The position numbers and the translations under genes were made by a program. Below the pieces are notes generated by a model, which did not search any database, was not told where the DNA came from, and saw only the letters and a program-made list of their open reading frames with translations. From Eledone cirrhosa (lineage: Eukaryota), in the NCBI GenBank assembly GCA_964016885.1, contig OZ024751.1, positions 23,498,001 through 23,562,000 of the forward strand: DNA of 64,000 nucleotides, in the 5' to 3' direction. Each line of letters starts with the position of its first letter. Position 1 is the stretch's first letter. This document shows positions 30,788-43,636 of the stretch, piece after piece.

Positions 30788-31767
30788 AATAAAATAATAA
30801 TGTTCATATTCCATGGTAGCGGAAAACATCAGAAGGCATATTTCAAAACATAATAAAGATTTATTTTCTTCTTCATATTAATACAAGTACAAGGCGAGTG
30901 AAGAGCTGCAAACATATCACATAATCAAGTTGAATGATAAATGTAATTCTCCGCAGAGTTATATATCGAGATTACCCTCGGCTTTAGAGGGCAAGATCAA
31001 GAAAATCAGGAAGCGAGTTACACGGTACTGCTCAGTAGAAGATCCCGAAAGTGACTGCGGGAGAATTGATAGTTAGGCGCGAAATCAACTGCTGGTCGGA
31101 AGTCGTTCTTAGTATTCCTACGCCACCAACCCTAACGGCGACTGACCAAGCACAACCCAATTACTCCGCCGCGATAAAGTAGCACTATTGCTTGCTACAA
31201 ATTCATCTAGCATAGTTAAAGTGAATTCAATTCAAATCACTGCATTGATTTATTTCGAATATATCGCTGAGATTATTAGGAATCAGAATCATGATTGATT
31301 TAGACATATAGTCATATATTTGACATTTATACAGCATTCAAAAGATTGATGTGATTTTCATAATCTTATCGATAGCATTAGTAACAGTATCAAAACCATA
31401 CCATGAATCATACATTCTGTGACCTTGAAATTACTTATTCAGAGCTAGTTTCTTTGTTCTATAATGCGTTGATAAATATTCAAGATTAAACTCCAGAATT
31501 GTATACCATTAGTGAGAAAAATATTCCTTTAGCTAACATATTTACTATTAATTCATATTACGTTCATTTATTTATCACGATATATTTTTCTTTTTTCCTA
31601 GACTGCAGCAAAATATTTAACGAAAGCTTATAGTAAGTAATCTCATCAATCTCCGCTTTCAATTTTCTTCTATGTATGTATGTATGTATGTATGTATGTA
31701 TGTATGTATGTATGTATGTATGTATGTATGTATCTATGTATGTATGTATGTATGTATGTATGTATGT

Positions 31768-32894
31768 TTTTTTCTTTCTCTTAATTTCAAGTATATTTTT
31801 TTGACCGGCCACCTTCCTGGTGGCAAGGTTGTAAAAGAAAAGAAATTGTCATCCCTTGAATCGCAAGAATGTTTTGCATATTTTGAAGGTGCCAGCTATC
31901 GCAGCCATTTGTAGACTATGAATTAGGGAGCTGCGCTTTTTGTCCGCAAATCCAAGTTCGGTCATACTTTGGTCCAAGCGGGTTGGTATATAACCCGTAG
32001 CACCAATAATGATGGGTATGAAGCTAAAGGTGTATCTTGGATACTGGATTTGTAAGCTCCTCATCAATGGTCCGCAGATGTCCTCCTTCTCCTGTATTTT
32101 TCTGACAACGTTTACATCAAGTGGGCAGCTGATCTCCACAACAGAACACGTTTTCAATGTGTGGTCCCAAACTACAATATCAGGCCGGTTGTGCTTTAAT
32201 TTGGTGGCAGTTTTTATTTTCAGGTTCCACCAGTATTCCTTAGTGCCATCTGTCTCAATATATTCTTCCTCGTTTGTTGTTAATTTTGTTTTCCGAAGTG
32301 CGTTCCAGATAGTTCTAGCTATCCCATCGTGTCTCATGGGGAGGTAGTAGCGAGATGACATTCTTTCGCAGCTGGCAACAATGTGGCTTACATCCTCGAT
32401 CTTTGTTTTACATAGCCTACATTTATTGTCAGCTGCTGGCCCTCCTCTTTTGTGCAGCAGATATTTGGTAGGGAGTTCTTGTTCCTGTATTGCATAGAGA
32501 TATCCCTCAAGGTGTGATGTCATAAACTTGTCGGAACTCCATGCCAGGCTTTTTGAGTGGTTTATCCCCTCTATGGTCTGTGTTTTACGCCTCAAGTATC
32601 CATGCACAACTTTCTCTGTAAATTGGTCAATTTTTTTTTCTTGTTTGAACATTGAATAGGATCTTCCGATTTCTCTGGGTGAGAGATTTATATCAGGCTT
32701 TATTCCATATCTCTCCTCCAGATCAGTCGCTATTCTAATGATATTTCTTTTTTCATGCTCATAAACCTGAGCAAGATGGTCGCCAACCTTTTTCCTCTGT
32801 TGAAGGTGTTGCTTCAGTGTTACTATCCGGGTCTCATATGTTGTTAATATTGATTTTAGACCCCGGCCACCTTCCTTGCGTGAGAAGTATAGCC
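31768..32894 (-). mobile_element. RLE LINE family 1, longer 3' fragment in (CATA)n
   Basis: RLYFSRKEGGRGL..CCHC..RHD..NRPD; nearly identical to 16391-17184. Confidence 0.9.
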
Positions 32895-32999
32895 TATGTA
32901 TGTATGTATGTATGTATGTATGTATGTATGTATGTATGTATGTATGTATGTATGTATGTATGTATGTATGTATGTATGTGTGTATGTATGTATGTATGT

Positions 33000-33051
<52 letters not shown>

Positions 33052-33089
33052 ATGTATGTATGTATGTTTGTATGTATGTATGTATGTAT

Positions 33090-33507
33090 GTACAACCTGT
33101 CTCATGGTCGGGTCGTTGGCGACTAAACTGGCAAGCCCACCAAGGTTTCTTGGTGAGGAGGGTGACTTTGGCCATCCTGCGGGACTAAAAACAAAACCTA
33201 TCAAAGCGCAAAGGAGCTCTTAAGAGTCAATGGCTATCCAAAATCACCGGGAGAGATGACCCCTTAGCCTTTGTCAAGGCAGAATTCTAGGAGAAGGAAA
33301 ACTCTGATATAACACCTGTAACTCTGATGGTATCCAATGATGTTGACTTGTTCTTCTTTTTGGTAAATATCATCTTGGTTAAGAGAGTGGGACTGGCTTT
33401 GTGCAGTGCCTTTACTCACTATAAAAGCTTCACGGCACAGGCATTGCTTTATATCTGGAGATCCCTCTGCACTTGTCGTCACATGGTACCATGGGCCCAG
33501 CACTATG
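33090..33507 (+). mobile_element. Non-autonomous RTE-derived element, 5'/middle part
   Basis: CTAGGAGAAGGAAAACTCTGAT motif typical of RTE 5' regions; matches 49135-49745. Confidence 0.65.
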
Positions 33508-33546
33508 TTTGTATGTATGTATGTATGTTTGTATGTATGTATGTAT

Positions 33547-33912
33547 GTTCTTCTGGTTTTATAATTTCACAAAGTTTTATCAATAGAGAGAGAGAGTCGG
33601 TTTCTAACATAGACACAAGACTCTCTCATTGGAATTTACACAACATCAACTAGATAGATATGTATGTATGCATGTGTAGATATGGATGTTATTGTATGTG
33701 TAGATGTGGATGTTTTGAGTTGCATGTGTGCATGTGTATATGCTTTGTATCTGTACATGTGTATATGCAGTTATTAGATGAAATATTTCTGGAATGTTTT
33801 ACATATTTTTACTGTTTCATTAATGGATCGTACTTGTAATTTCCTCACTAGTTGTGGTTCTTTCTGTTCCTGTAAAGCCTAGCTTCTCAAGATTTGTATT
33901 GAGGCAGTTACT
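33547..33912 (-). mobile_element. RLE LINE family 2, 3' end, in (CATA)n
   Basis: Minus translation NLEKLGF..LVRKLQVRSINETVKICKTFQKYFI*, homologous to the family 1 C-terminus. Confidence 0.7.
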
Positions 33913-33979
33913 ATGTATGTATGTATGTATGTATGTATGTATGTATGTATGTATGTATGTATGTATGTATGTATGTATA

Positions 33980-34025
<46 letters not shown>

Positions 34026-34028
<3 letters not shown>

Positions 34029-34215
34029 CGAAGGAAATGTGGTAAGGAACCAGATGGACCAAAACGCACCAAAGTAATCAATACTTAGGGTAGTAGAGTG
34101 GGTAATAGGAAAGGGTAGGACCCCGACGGCTGAGCTCAAGCCGTTTCGACGGCTAATTCTGGACAGAAATAGCCGTTGAAACGGCTTGAGCTCAGCCGTC
34201 GGGGTCCTACCCGTT

Positions 34216-34220
<5 letters not shown>
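34026..34220 (-). mobile_element. Family A palindromic copy
   Basis: Same structure as 1-170. Confidence 0.75.
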
Positions 34221-34266
<46 letters not shown>

Positions 34267-34548
34267 TAAAATATATATATATATATATATTACGTACGTT
34301 CGTACTTATGCATGTATGTACGCATGTTATTCGAATTTTCTTTCTAATTTCTTCGCTCTATTTGCTCAAAAATGTTGCGGAAAATATTCTGTAGAAAATA
34401 TAATTGAAAAAATACACCAGAGAACATGAATAAAAATGAATAATTCTTTTTATGGTAAACTTATAATTGCTTTTAATGTTCTTGTGCTACTGATGCGAAT
34501 ATTTTTAAAACGCAAGAGCGATAACTGGTAGAATAATTAGTAATATTG

Positions 34549-34881
34549 GTTTCTGATTTATGTATAAGGCCAACAATTTTTGGGTAGGAGAATGTCGATT
34601 AAATCGACCCCAGTGTATTACTGGTATTTTATTATATCGACCCCGTCCCGTAAGGATGAAAGGCAAAGCTAACCTCGGCTGGATTTGAACTCAGATCATA
34701 AAGGGCCGTAACTCTATGCTGCAAACCATGGCGTCCTACCCTCTACCGATACTGCCAATCCACTGCCCTCCATCGACCCCGTAAGGATGAAAGGCAAGGC
34801 TAAGTTCGACGGAATATGAACTCACATCGTAAAAGGGCGTAATCTTATGCCAATCCACCGTTTACTGCCAATCCACCGTCC
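34549..34881 (-). mobile_element. Dimeric SINE insertion
   Basis: Two tandem SINE units inside one 20-bp TSD TAGAATAATTAGTAATATTG (34529-34548, 34882-34901). Confidence 0.75.
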
Positions 34882-35394
34882 TAGAATAATTAGTAATATT
34901 GAAAAAATAAAAATAATTTACGTTATTTACTTATGTCTCTTTCCGTTTAGATTTCGAATCCTGCTAGAGTAGCATCGTCTTTTATCACTCCGAGATCGAC
35001 GAAGTATAGTCCTGGTAAAAAACAAAACACAACAATATCTGATTTAATGGAACATTTCCTATCTTAACATTTGGAATTATTTGACAATGATGGAAATTGA
35101 TTTCGATTTTTGATATGAACTAATAAAATATTTCGTGGTATTTGAGCTCAAATACCACCGAGATCAACTATGCTTTAAAATAAAGTACGAGTTAATTACT
35201 ACAGTCGAAAACAATCGATTTATCTTTCCCACCAAATTGCCGGCCTTGTGTCTAAGCTAAGTCTGAGACACATGTTAAAGTTGTCATATGAATTTTCCAT
35301 GAAAAAGGAACGAACGACTTTCGTCAAATCGGACCGAGGAAACAATGTTTCCATTGATCTTTCCAGTTGCTAATACTATCTATCGGTCGCAACT

Positions 35395-35523
35395 GCAGGT
35401 AGAAGGAGCAACGTGAAATAAAGTGTCTTGTTCAAAGACATAACGCATCACCGCTCGAGGATTCGAACTCATATCCTTACGACTGCGAATACAATTCTCT
35501 AATCACTGAGCCACACGCCTTCA
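35395..35523 (-). mobile_element. Second tRNA-derived SINE type (degenerate relative at ~36008-36110 on plus)
   Basis: Minus: GGCGTGTGGCTCAGTGATTAGA..GAGTTCGAATCC..GTCTTTGAACAAGACACTTTATTTCAC. Confidence 0.6.
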
Positions 35524-36288
35524 TTTTCAACTACTGTTCTATAAATTGCCTTTTATTTGTTATTTGAGATTTCTAATTTATCTCAGTGTAAATATATTAA
35601 TTAATGGTATTATTATAGTAGAAAGGTTTACAATGAGATGAAGAGACTGAGGAATATTTGTTAGTAAATCGTCTTCATATCACAACAACATTCAAACCAT
35701 ATATAAATAGTTTGGTGATAGAAAGTCTGTTGAGACTTTTTCAAATTCTCAGCTTGAAGGTTAAATATGATTGATAGATTACTTGAAAGGACACAGTTTG
35801 CTATAGCGTCTCTGTGGATTTGCATAATAGCGAGTTTTTCTAAAGCCTTATTATATATATTTCCTGCAGCAATAGTTCAGAAATGAACAATATATGAACC
35901 ATATTTTAACTGATGGCAAGGAAGACACCTGACACTCCTATAAGATGCACAATAAAGATGGAGGAATGTCTCTTGTTTTACAGAAGACATTTAATATTGT
36001 TAAGTTGCGAGGCTTACTGGTTAGTGTGTTGGACGTATGATCATAAGGTGTTGTGTCATAGACTGAGCGGCGCGTTGTGTGCTCGATAAAAATAATTTAT
36101 TTTACATTGGTCTTTTTGACAGAACCTGCAACCGACATTAGATAGTATTATAATTGGGAAAACCAATGGAAACATTATGTCCTCGTTCCAGTCTAACGAT
36201 CGACTCATTTTTGCTTTTTAGCAGGAATTGCCTATCACAGTAGCTCGGAAAATGGTTATGCGCACTGCTCCTCATCTGTGACGAAATA

Positions 36289-36365
<77 letters not shown>

Positions 36366-36366
<1 letters not shown>

Positions 36367-37027
36367 TCACAGTTGGGTGCGGATGCATTCATGTATATAT
36401 GTGTGTGTCCGCATGTATCTGTGTGTTTCTAAATATATTGTTAATAACTCCCTCTGGTCGAGCAATCTTTGAAGTGTGGGGACAGCTGGAAAGCTTCCAT
36501 TACTCATACTTATCGCCTTCTTCACCACCTCTTCTACGGTCTCGATATAAATACCCCCTCCGCCTCCGTGGTATTTTCTTCGGGGTTATAAGAGGCTTAG
36601 CTCTGTTTCTCGACCGTTATATCGCGTGACTATCTCCCCCTCCGCCTTTTGGGATTCTTTCTCACGTCGTGTAGACGCGTTCTTGAGACTAGTAAAATGA
36701 GGTATCCTCTTGATAAGTCGGCAGACCTCGCAAGGACTCTATATCTTTATGATATATTGTTTTTGTTTATGCCACGAAACTACGTAGTCGAGGAATTTAG
36801 GAGCAGTTTAGGTATGATACATTTTATTACTAATTATATCTAAATGTTTCTTCTCTCTTCATAATGTATTTTTAACTCTGATACTGGTTCAGTCTAGTTC
36901 AACTGAATTGGTCTGTCCCAGTCATTCATTGAGCAACATCGGTGAAGTTGGCACCCTTAACTCACAGTTGGGTGCGGATGCATTCATGTATATATGTGTG
37001 TGTCCGCATGTATCTGTGTGTTTCTAA

Positions 37028-37034
<7 letters not shown>
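36366..37034 (+). mobile_element. Non-coding retrozyme-like element: 595-nt unit plus 74-nt terminal direct repeat, in (TA)n
   Basis: 36366-36439 identical to 36961-37034; internal HHR. Confidence 0.7.
36705..36794 (+). ncRNA. Type I HHR, U3:A8 variant
   Basis: Stem I TCCTC/GAGGA; TTGATAA 36710-36716; stem II GT(C)GGCA/TGCCAC; GAAA 36776-36779; stem III ACTACGTAGT; GUC site, predicted cleavage after 36789. Confidence 0.75.
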
Positions 37035-37084
<50 letters not shown>

Positions 37085-37176
37085 TCTTGAGTTACAAGCT
37101 CACAATATTCCCTTATAATCAAATAAGCTCAAGGAAAGAATCCCGTGCTCATTATAACCCAGTAAAGAGAGAAGAA

Positions 37177-37255
<79 letters not shown>

Positions 37256-37360
37256 TAAAACCATGATGGATACAAAACCGCAAAGGTGAAGTATATATTA
37301 ACTAAAGATAGTACGGTTCACATACGTATTTGTATCCCTTATAATTGGAACACATACACA

Positions 37361-37411
<51 letters not shown>

Positions 37412-37412
37412 C

Positions 37413-37530
<118 letters not shown>

Positions 37531-37599
37531 CATCTCTCTCTCTCTATATATATATATACATATACATATTTTGTTGATATATTACTATAAACCACGAAT

Positions 37600-37900
37600 C
37601 AGCAGAGACGTTAGAAGTCAGATAGAATGTTTTTTTCGGATCTTTGCTTACCGAGTTCAAATCCTGCCGGCAACTTTGCCTCTCATACATTCAAGGTCGA
37701 TAAAAAAAGTACAAGTACTAGACAAGTACTGGAGCCGATTCTTCTCCTATATTCCTCCTCTCTACATCTTTCTCCGGAAGAAATCTGCTGTATTTAGATC
37801 TGGAGAAGGGATTGGCTCCCCCAGGTGTTAAAATGATCTAAACACACCGTATGTCAATACGGTGCTCCTACAATTATTTCAGCGGTGATGGGTCCATCAC
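37600..37900 (+). mobile_element. Long-tail SINE subfamily
   Basis: GAGTTCAAATCCTGCC..GGTCGATAAAA..GTATGTCAATACGGTGC. Confidence 0.6.
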
Positions 37901-38267
37901 TTCATCCACACTACGAATTTATGAAGCCCCCTTTAATAAATCGAAGTTTCAATTGGGTATACAACTCATTGTCACCATTTATATTCTTTAAAATTATGAT
38001 GAGCATAAGAACCCCAGCCCCAAACAGACCAAACGAAAGAAAAAAAAAAAAAAAAAAAGGAATGACTGATGAGGAAAGATAAAAAGATCATTTTAGAGAC
38101 AGCTTTGATCATAAACAAATATTGAATATGTAATTTTCTGGGAAATATTGACTCGAAATCCAATTTCTACACACACGAACACAAAACATCGTTATAACCA
38201 GTAAATGGCTATTTCTAATAAGTTATATAAAGCGAAAAAGCTATGAATATATATCTATATATCTATA

Positions 38268-38493
38268 CCATCCTGTAGGTAAAGAAGTGAAGGAGAGGGG
38301 AGCACCTTCTCCATGTGCTCCCCGGGCAAAAGATTGCACACTTTTTCGGGGGTGTGTGCAATCCCCATCACGTCCCCTCCCTTTTGAGGTTGTTTTCGAT
38401 TATTTTCATTTTATACCCTTTTTACTCGGTTTTATGTAAACTCCCCCTTTGTATTTGTCCCTTCTTTTTATGCCTTTATGGTAAATAAAGAAA
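38268..38493 (+). mobile_element. L1/Tx1-like 3' UTR fragment in TA/TCTA repeats
   Basis: TGTAAACTCCCCCTTTGTATTTGTCCC..AATAAAGAAAT; similar to 41178-41306 and to the 3' end of the 43.6-46.0 kb element. Confidence 0.55.
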
Positions 38494-38522
38494 TATATAT
38501 ATCTATATATATATTATGTGTT

Positions 38523-38586
<64 letters not shown>

Positions 38587-38614
38587 GATATATATGTATA
38601 TATATATATGTATA

Positions 38615-38692
<78 letters not shown>

Positions 38693-39294
38693 GTGTGTGT
38701 GTGAATGATACAATTTGCTACGTTAACATCCTATTTTCAGCAATATTTTCCGGGCCATTAACTGTTATTATAAGCCACTTTGGAAATACATTAATATAAA
38801 CAAACATGAAAGTAATTACCTCTTTAGTACTACTACCTCTTTCGTTGAGTCTAGAGGGAAATGTAATCACCTATATAAAGAATGCCAAATAAATGAGGTA
38901 AATGATGAAGATGTGTTTTTTTAATTACCTCTTTGTATGTATTTATTAACAATATTCATAGCGTAAATGCTTTCCTACACTCTTTCAAAAAGGAAGGAGC
39001 TGATTATCAGAATGAACCAAGAACAGACTAAATATATTGGGCTTTCCATTGCTGTCCAGACAGAACGAGCTGAGATTTGAATTTATAACTCAAAGAACCT
39101 TTTCTTTAATCCAATGCTTCATGGACTGGTATCATAAATATCGACCCATAAATGATGACAAGTAAACCTGATCTTGGAAAAGATTTGAAATCAAAGCGCA
39201 GCGAGTTCAAACCTGACTCCTTTGTGGCCCTGTCAAATCACGGTCTTACTAATTAAACTATCACAATTAGCTGCACGATAATGATTAGATGGTG

Positions 39295-39796
39295 TGGTAT
39301 GGTCCGTAGAATTTCGAGGGGGGTCGTAGTAGCATATTGCATTTTTGGGCATTTTAAAGCCTCGTGGAGACCATCCCTCGACAGGTCTGAACATGGCAGA
39401 TTTCTCTCTCTAGAGAGATAGAAGGTGAGAGGAAGTGAGAAAGAGATGTAGAGGAAGAATCTACCCCTGTATTAGACTGGTACTTTTTTAATCGAAAGGC
39501 AAATTTGACCTCGATGGGATTTGAACTCAGGAAGCAGTGAGCCGGAACGAATATCACAAAGCCTTTTATACGACATTCTAACGACTCTGCCAATCCACTG
39601 CCTAATCATTAGATAGCGTGGCAGAATCATTAGAATGTCAGATAGAATGCTTTGTGGTCTCTGTGCTCTCTGCGTTAAAATCACACAGAGGTCAACTTTG
39701 CGTTTCATTTTTTCCAGATCGATAAGAAAAATACAAATACCGACCCAGTACTGGGGACAATTCTGCCCCCTCTCTCTTTCTCCCTCTTTCTTTCGT

Positions 39797-39871
<75 letters not shown>

Positions 39872-40030
39872 CTCTCCTCCTCCTCTCTCTCCCCTCTCTT
39901 TTTCTAGCGAAATATCACAGCTGTGTTCCAATCTGAACATGGGAGAGGCACCACCAAATATAGAGTGTCCAAATAATGCCGTATGTCACGAAGGCGGCCC
40001 CGTGACAGTATCAGTATTTACGGGTCCATA
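39295..40030. mobile_element. Two long-tail SINEs, head to head (39295-39602 minus, ~39615-40030 plus)
   Basis: SINE head and central domain on opposite strands. Confidence 0.6.
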
Positions 40031-40451
40031 TATATACAGTGATTAGATAACCAAATGACCTTAAAATGCGATGTAGCTTCAATGGTCGATCATCGGAATG
40101 AATGTCTATTATTATCTAGGCTTGACTCTCTCCCTACATTCTGATATTACGTTATTCTGTCATTCTCAAGATGCCATTAAATATGAAACATAAACTAAGA
40201 ATGACATTGGTTCGGTTTAGTCGAAACTATTTTGCAATAGTTGGCATAATTCCACTTTCTGTTTATATATTTACGTCTCTCTGGTCTCTTCATCACACCG
40301 TCTTTCTATTTCTCCTCACGATAGGGAGGCTCGTATACGCCCATATTTCTACCTCTCTCCAAACTACTTGCTATATATATATATGTATATATATATAAAT
40401 ACATATCTCTGTATACTATATACACACACACACACACACAAACACACAAAC

Positions 40452-40544
<93 letters not shown>

Positions 40545-41177
40545 ACACACACACACACATATATATATATTCTTACTAATGCAAAATTTCATACGTGTAG
40601 TAGATGATAGAAAATGTACAACGACATTGTTACAAATTAATACATATACACACATGTTTATCCCACATTTATATAAAAACACACACATACACACACACAC
40701 ATGCACGCTCCCACACAAACACACTGATATGAAATAAGAAAATGTCAAAAAGGAAACAGCAACAACAAAATCTAGCCATAAGTTCACTCCTACGAACGAA
40801 CGAGAATCAATATCGTAATTCATGAAGTTAAAAAGGCCCGAGGTGTTTTATATTTTACATCATTATTTCATAATTGAGGTAATAAAATATTACAAAATTT
40901 ATCTGGTTATGCAGAATTTTACTAGTAAGCGTAATGCAGATAATTATATATATGTTACGTCATTAGTGAGCTAAGAAATAATATAAAATGGATACAAATT
41001 TTGAAGTAATGTTCACGTTTATAAAATTACAATTGGTAATAATTCTTTCTAAAACTGGCACAAGGCCATCAATTTTGGGGAAAGACTAAGTAGCATGTAT
41101 ATATATACATATACATACATATATATATATATAAATATATATATGAATCTATTTATCTATCTATCTATTTATCTATC

Positions 41178-41306
41178 CCTATTGGGGAAAACGACTAATT
41201 TTTTAAATTGCATTTGTGATAACATTTTACACGTTTTTATTGTATGTAAACTTTCCCCTTTGTATTTGTCCCCTTCTTTTGTGCCCCTGAGGCTAATAAA
41301 GAAACA
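41178..41306 (+). mobile_element. L1/Tx1-like 3' UTR fragment in (CTAT)n
   Basis: CCCTATTGGGGAA..GCTAATAAAGAAACA; (CTAT)n on both sides. Confidence 0.6.
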
Positions 41307-41335
41307 TCTATCTATCTATCTATCTATCTATCTAC

Positions 41336-41393
<58 letters not shown>

Positions 41394-41440
41394 CTCTCTC
41401 TCTCTATATATATATACATATGAATATATATATAAATCTA

Positions 41441-41487
<47 letters not shown>

Positions 41488-41503
41488 TATAAATATATAT
41501 ATG

Positions 41504-41581
<78 letters not shown>

Positions 41582-41583
<2 letters not shown>

Positions 41584-42232
41584 TATTAAAATAACAGATT
41601 AAAGTTTAACCAAAGAATCGCTGCTTTCACCATTAACGGGATCTTCTGAAACTAAAAAAATCAATCTGTGAACGCAGAAGTAAATATTTCAAAAAAAGTT
41701 GCAACTGAAGGAAGACAGGAAGACGATACTTTGGTTCGTGGAAAGGAAACGTTCCCTTCACAAAACATACAGGTAATATATACTTACCTATACGAATAAG
41801 TAATGGTATTAACATAACATATACTTAGCTACCACATCAGGACGTAAAATATCCGCGTATAGTTCGTACTATCCGTTAGGGTATATTACGTCCTGATGTG
41901 GTAGCTAAGTATATGTTATGTTTATACCATTACTTATTCGTATAGGTAAGTATATATTACCTGTATGTTTTGTGAAGGGAACGTTTCCACGAACCAAAGT
42001 ATCGTCTTCCTGTCTTCCTTCAGTTGCAATTTTTTTTGAAATATTTACTTCTGCGTTCACAGATTGATTTTTTTAGTTTCAGAAGATACCGTTAATGGTG
42101 AAAGCAGCGGTTCTTTGCTTAAACATTAATCTGTTATTTTAATAAATATTTTCTCTACAGTTCTTATATATCTGATATATATTTATCCTTATCGAGCCCA
42201 CTTTAGATTTTAGTCTTCAAATTTATTATTAT
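41582..42232 (+). mobile_element. Family G large palindrome with HHR-like motif (42075-42124 and mirror)
   Basis: ~260-bp arms 41582-41845 / 41887-42146 plus 3' tail. Confidence 0.8.
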
Positions 42233-42284
42233 ATACATATATATATATTATATATATGTATATATATATATATAATTTTTCGGG

Positions 42285-42870
42285 CGAGAGGTAAGTCGAT
42301 TAAATCGACCCCTGTACGCTACTGGTACTTTATTTTATTGATCACGTAAGGATGAACGGCGAAGGAAGCTAACCTTGGTGGTATTTGAACTCAGAACGTA
42401 AAGGGACGTAAATTTATGTTGCCAACCAACCATTCTTTAAAGATATGGTCATCTTAAAGCCAAAAGGTTAAGAAATTCGCTTCGAAATCATTAAGTCCCA
42501 GATTCAACCTTTATGCGTGGGATCTTGAGTAAGTGTCAATTACCATAGACACGAGCGAGCGCATTCGTTTTGGGTGGAATTTTGACGAACAAGTATTTTT
42601 TGTGTAATGTTTCCTGATTTAACACTTTGATCTCAACTCAGAGGATGAGAAGCGATATGTATTTGTATTATCATTAGCGGTGGATTGGCAGTATGGGTAG
42701 AGGGTCGGACGCCATGCTTTGCAGCAAAGAGTAACGGCCCTTTATGGTCTGAGTTCAAATCCCGCCGAGGTTAACTTTGCCTTTCATCCTTACGGTGTCG
42801 ATAAAATAAAGTACCAGTAATGCACTGGGATAATTGACGGCCTTGTGCCAAAAGTTGAAAGAATTATTAT
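42285..42870. mobile_element. SINE cluster (42285-42420 minus, 42460-42560 degenerate, 42677-42865 plus)
   Basis: Matches to the 1155 SINE. Confidence 0.75.
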
Positions 42871-43603
42871 TAGCACAATGTGTTGAGACTATTACGTATA
42901 GAAGCATAGATTATGATGTATAGAGGCCAAAACAGAGCCTCAAAATAAATAATTTATACAATATAATACGATCGCTTTCACTTATGCAGCAAGCAACTTT
43001 AATCTGAATTCTGCTCCATTTCAGACATTGCGATCATAAATTCCTGACCATGCAAAGAAGTTAATTTAATTCAGAACACATTAACAAAATTATGTTTTTC
43101 TCTGATAATGCAAGGAATAAATATTTCTTCGCTAAACTCACGAAATCTTACGTAACCCTATCCTTTAAAACATCCCCGAGGCCTACAAGATATTTGCATT
43201 ATATTTGTGAGGGCTTAGTAAGTGTTAGATACTGAGTCAGATCAGAATTTCCATTAGATATTACATCAGATATCATTTTGTAAATTCTCGAATGGTTACA
43301 CCGATTAAATAAGATTCGCTAACAGTGAGAAAGATAACACTTAAAAATGTTATAAATCTACAAATATACAATGCGGCATTCTTTCTTTTTTTTTTTTTCG
43401 TTCAATTTCTGTATAACCCTTACATCAGTGTGGATGAACGATATATCTCTGAGATACGTGACAATCAGCAAATAAATAAATTGTAGTCAACGGCAAAAAC
43501 AGAGCAAGATAAATATAAGAAGTAAATATAACCGTACACTTAGTGGATAAAAATACAATTATTTCTTAACAATTATAATACAGACGCTTATTATAAAGAC
43601 AAC

Positions 43604-43635
<32 letters not shown>

Positions 43636-43636
<1 letters not shown>

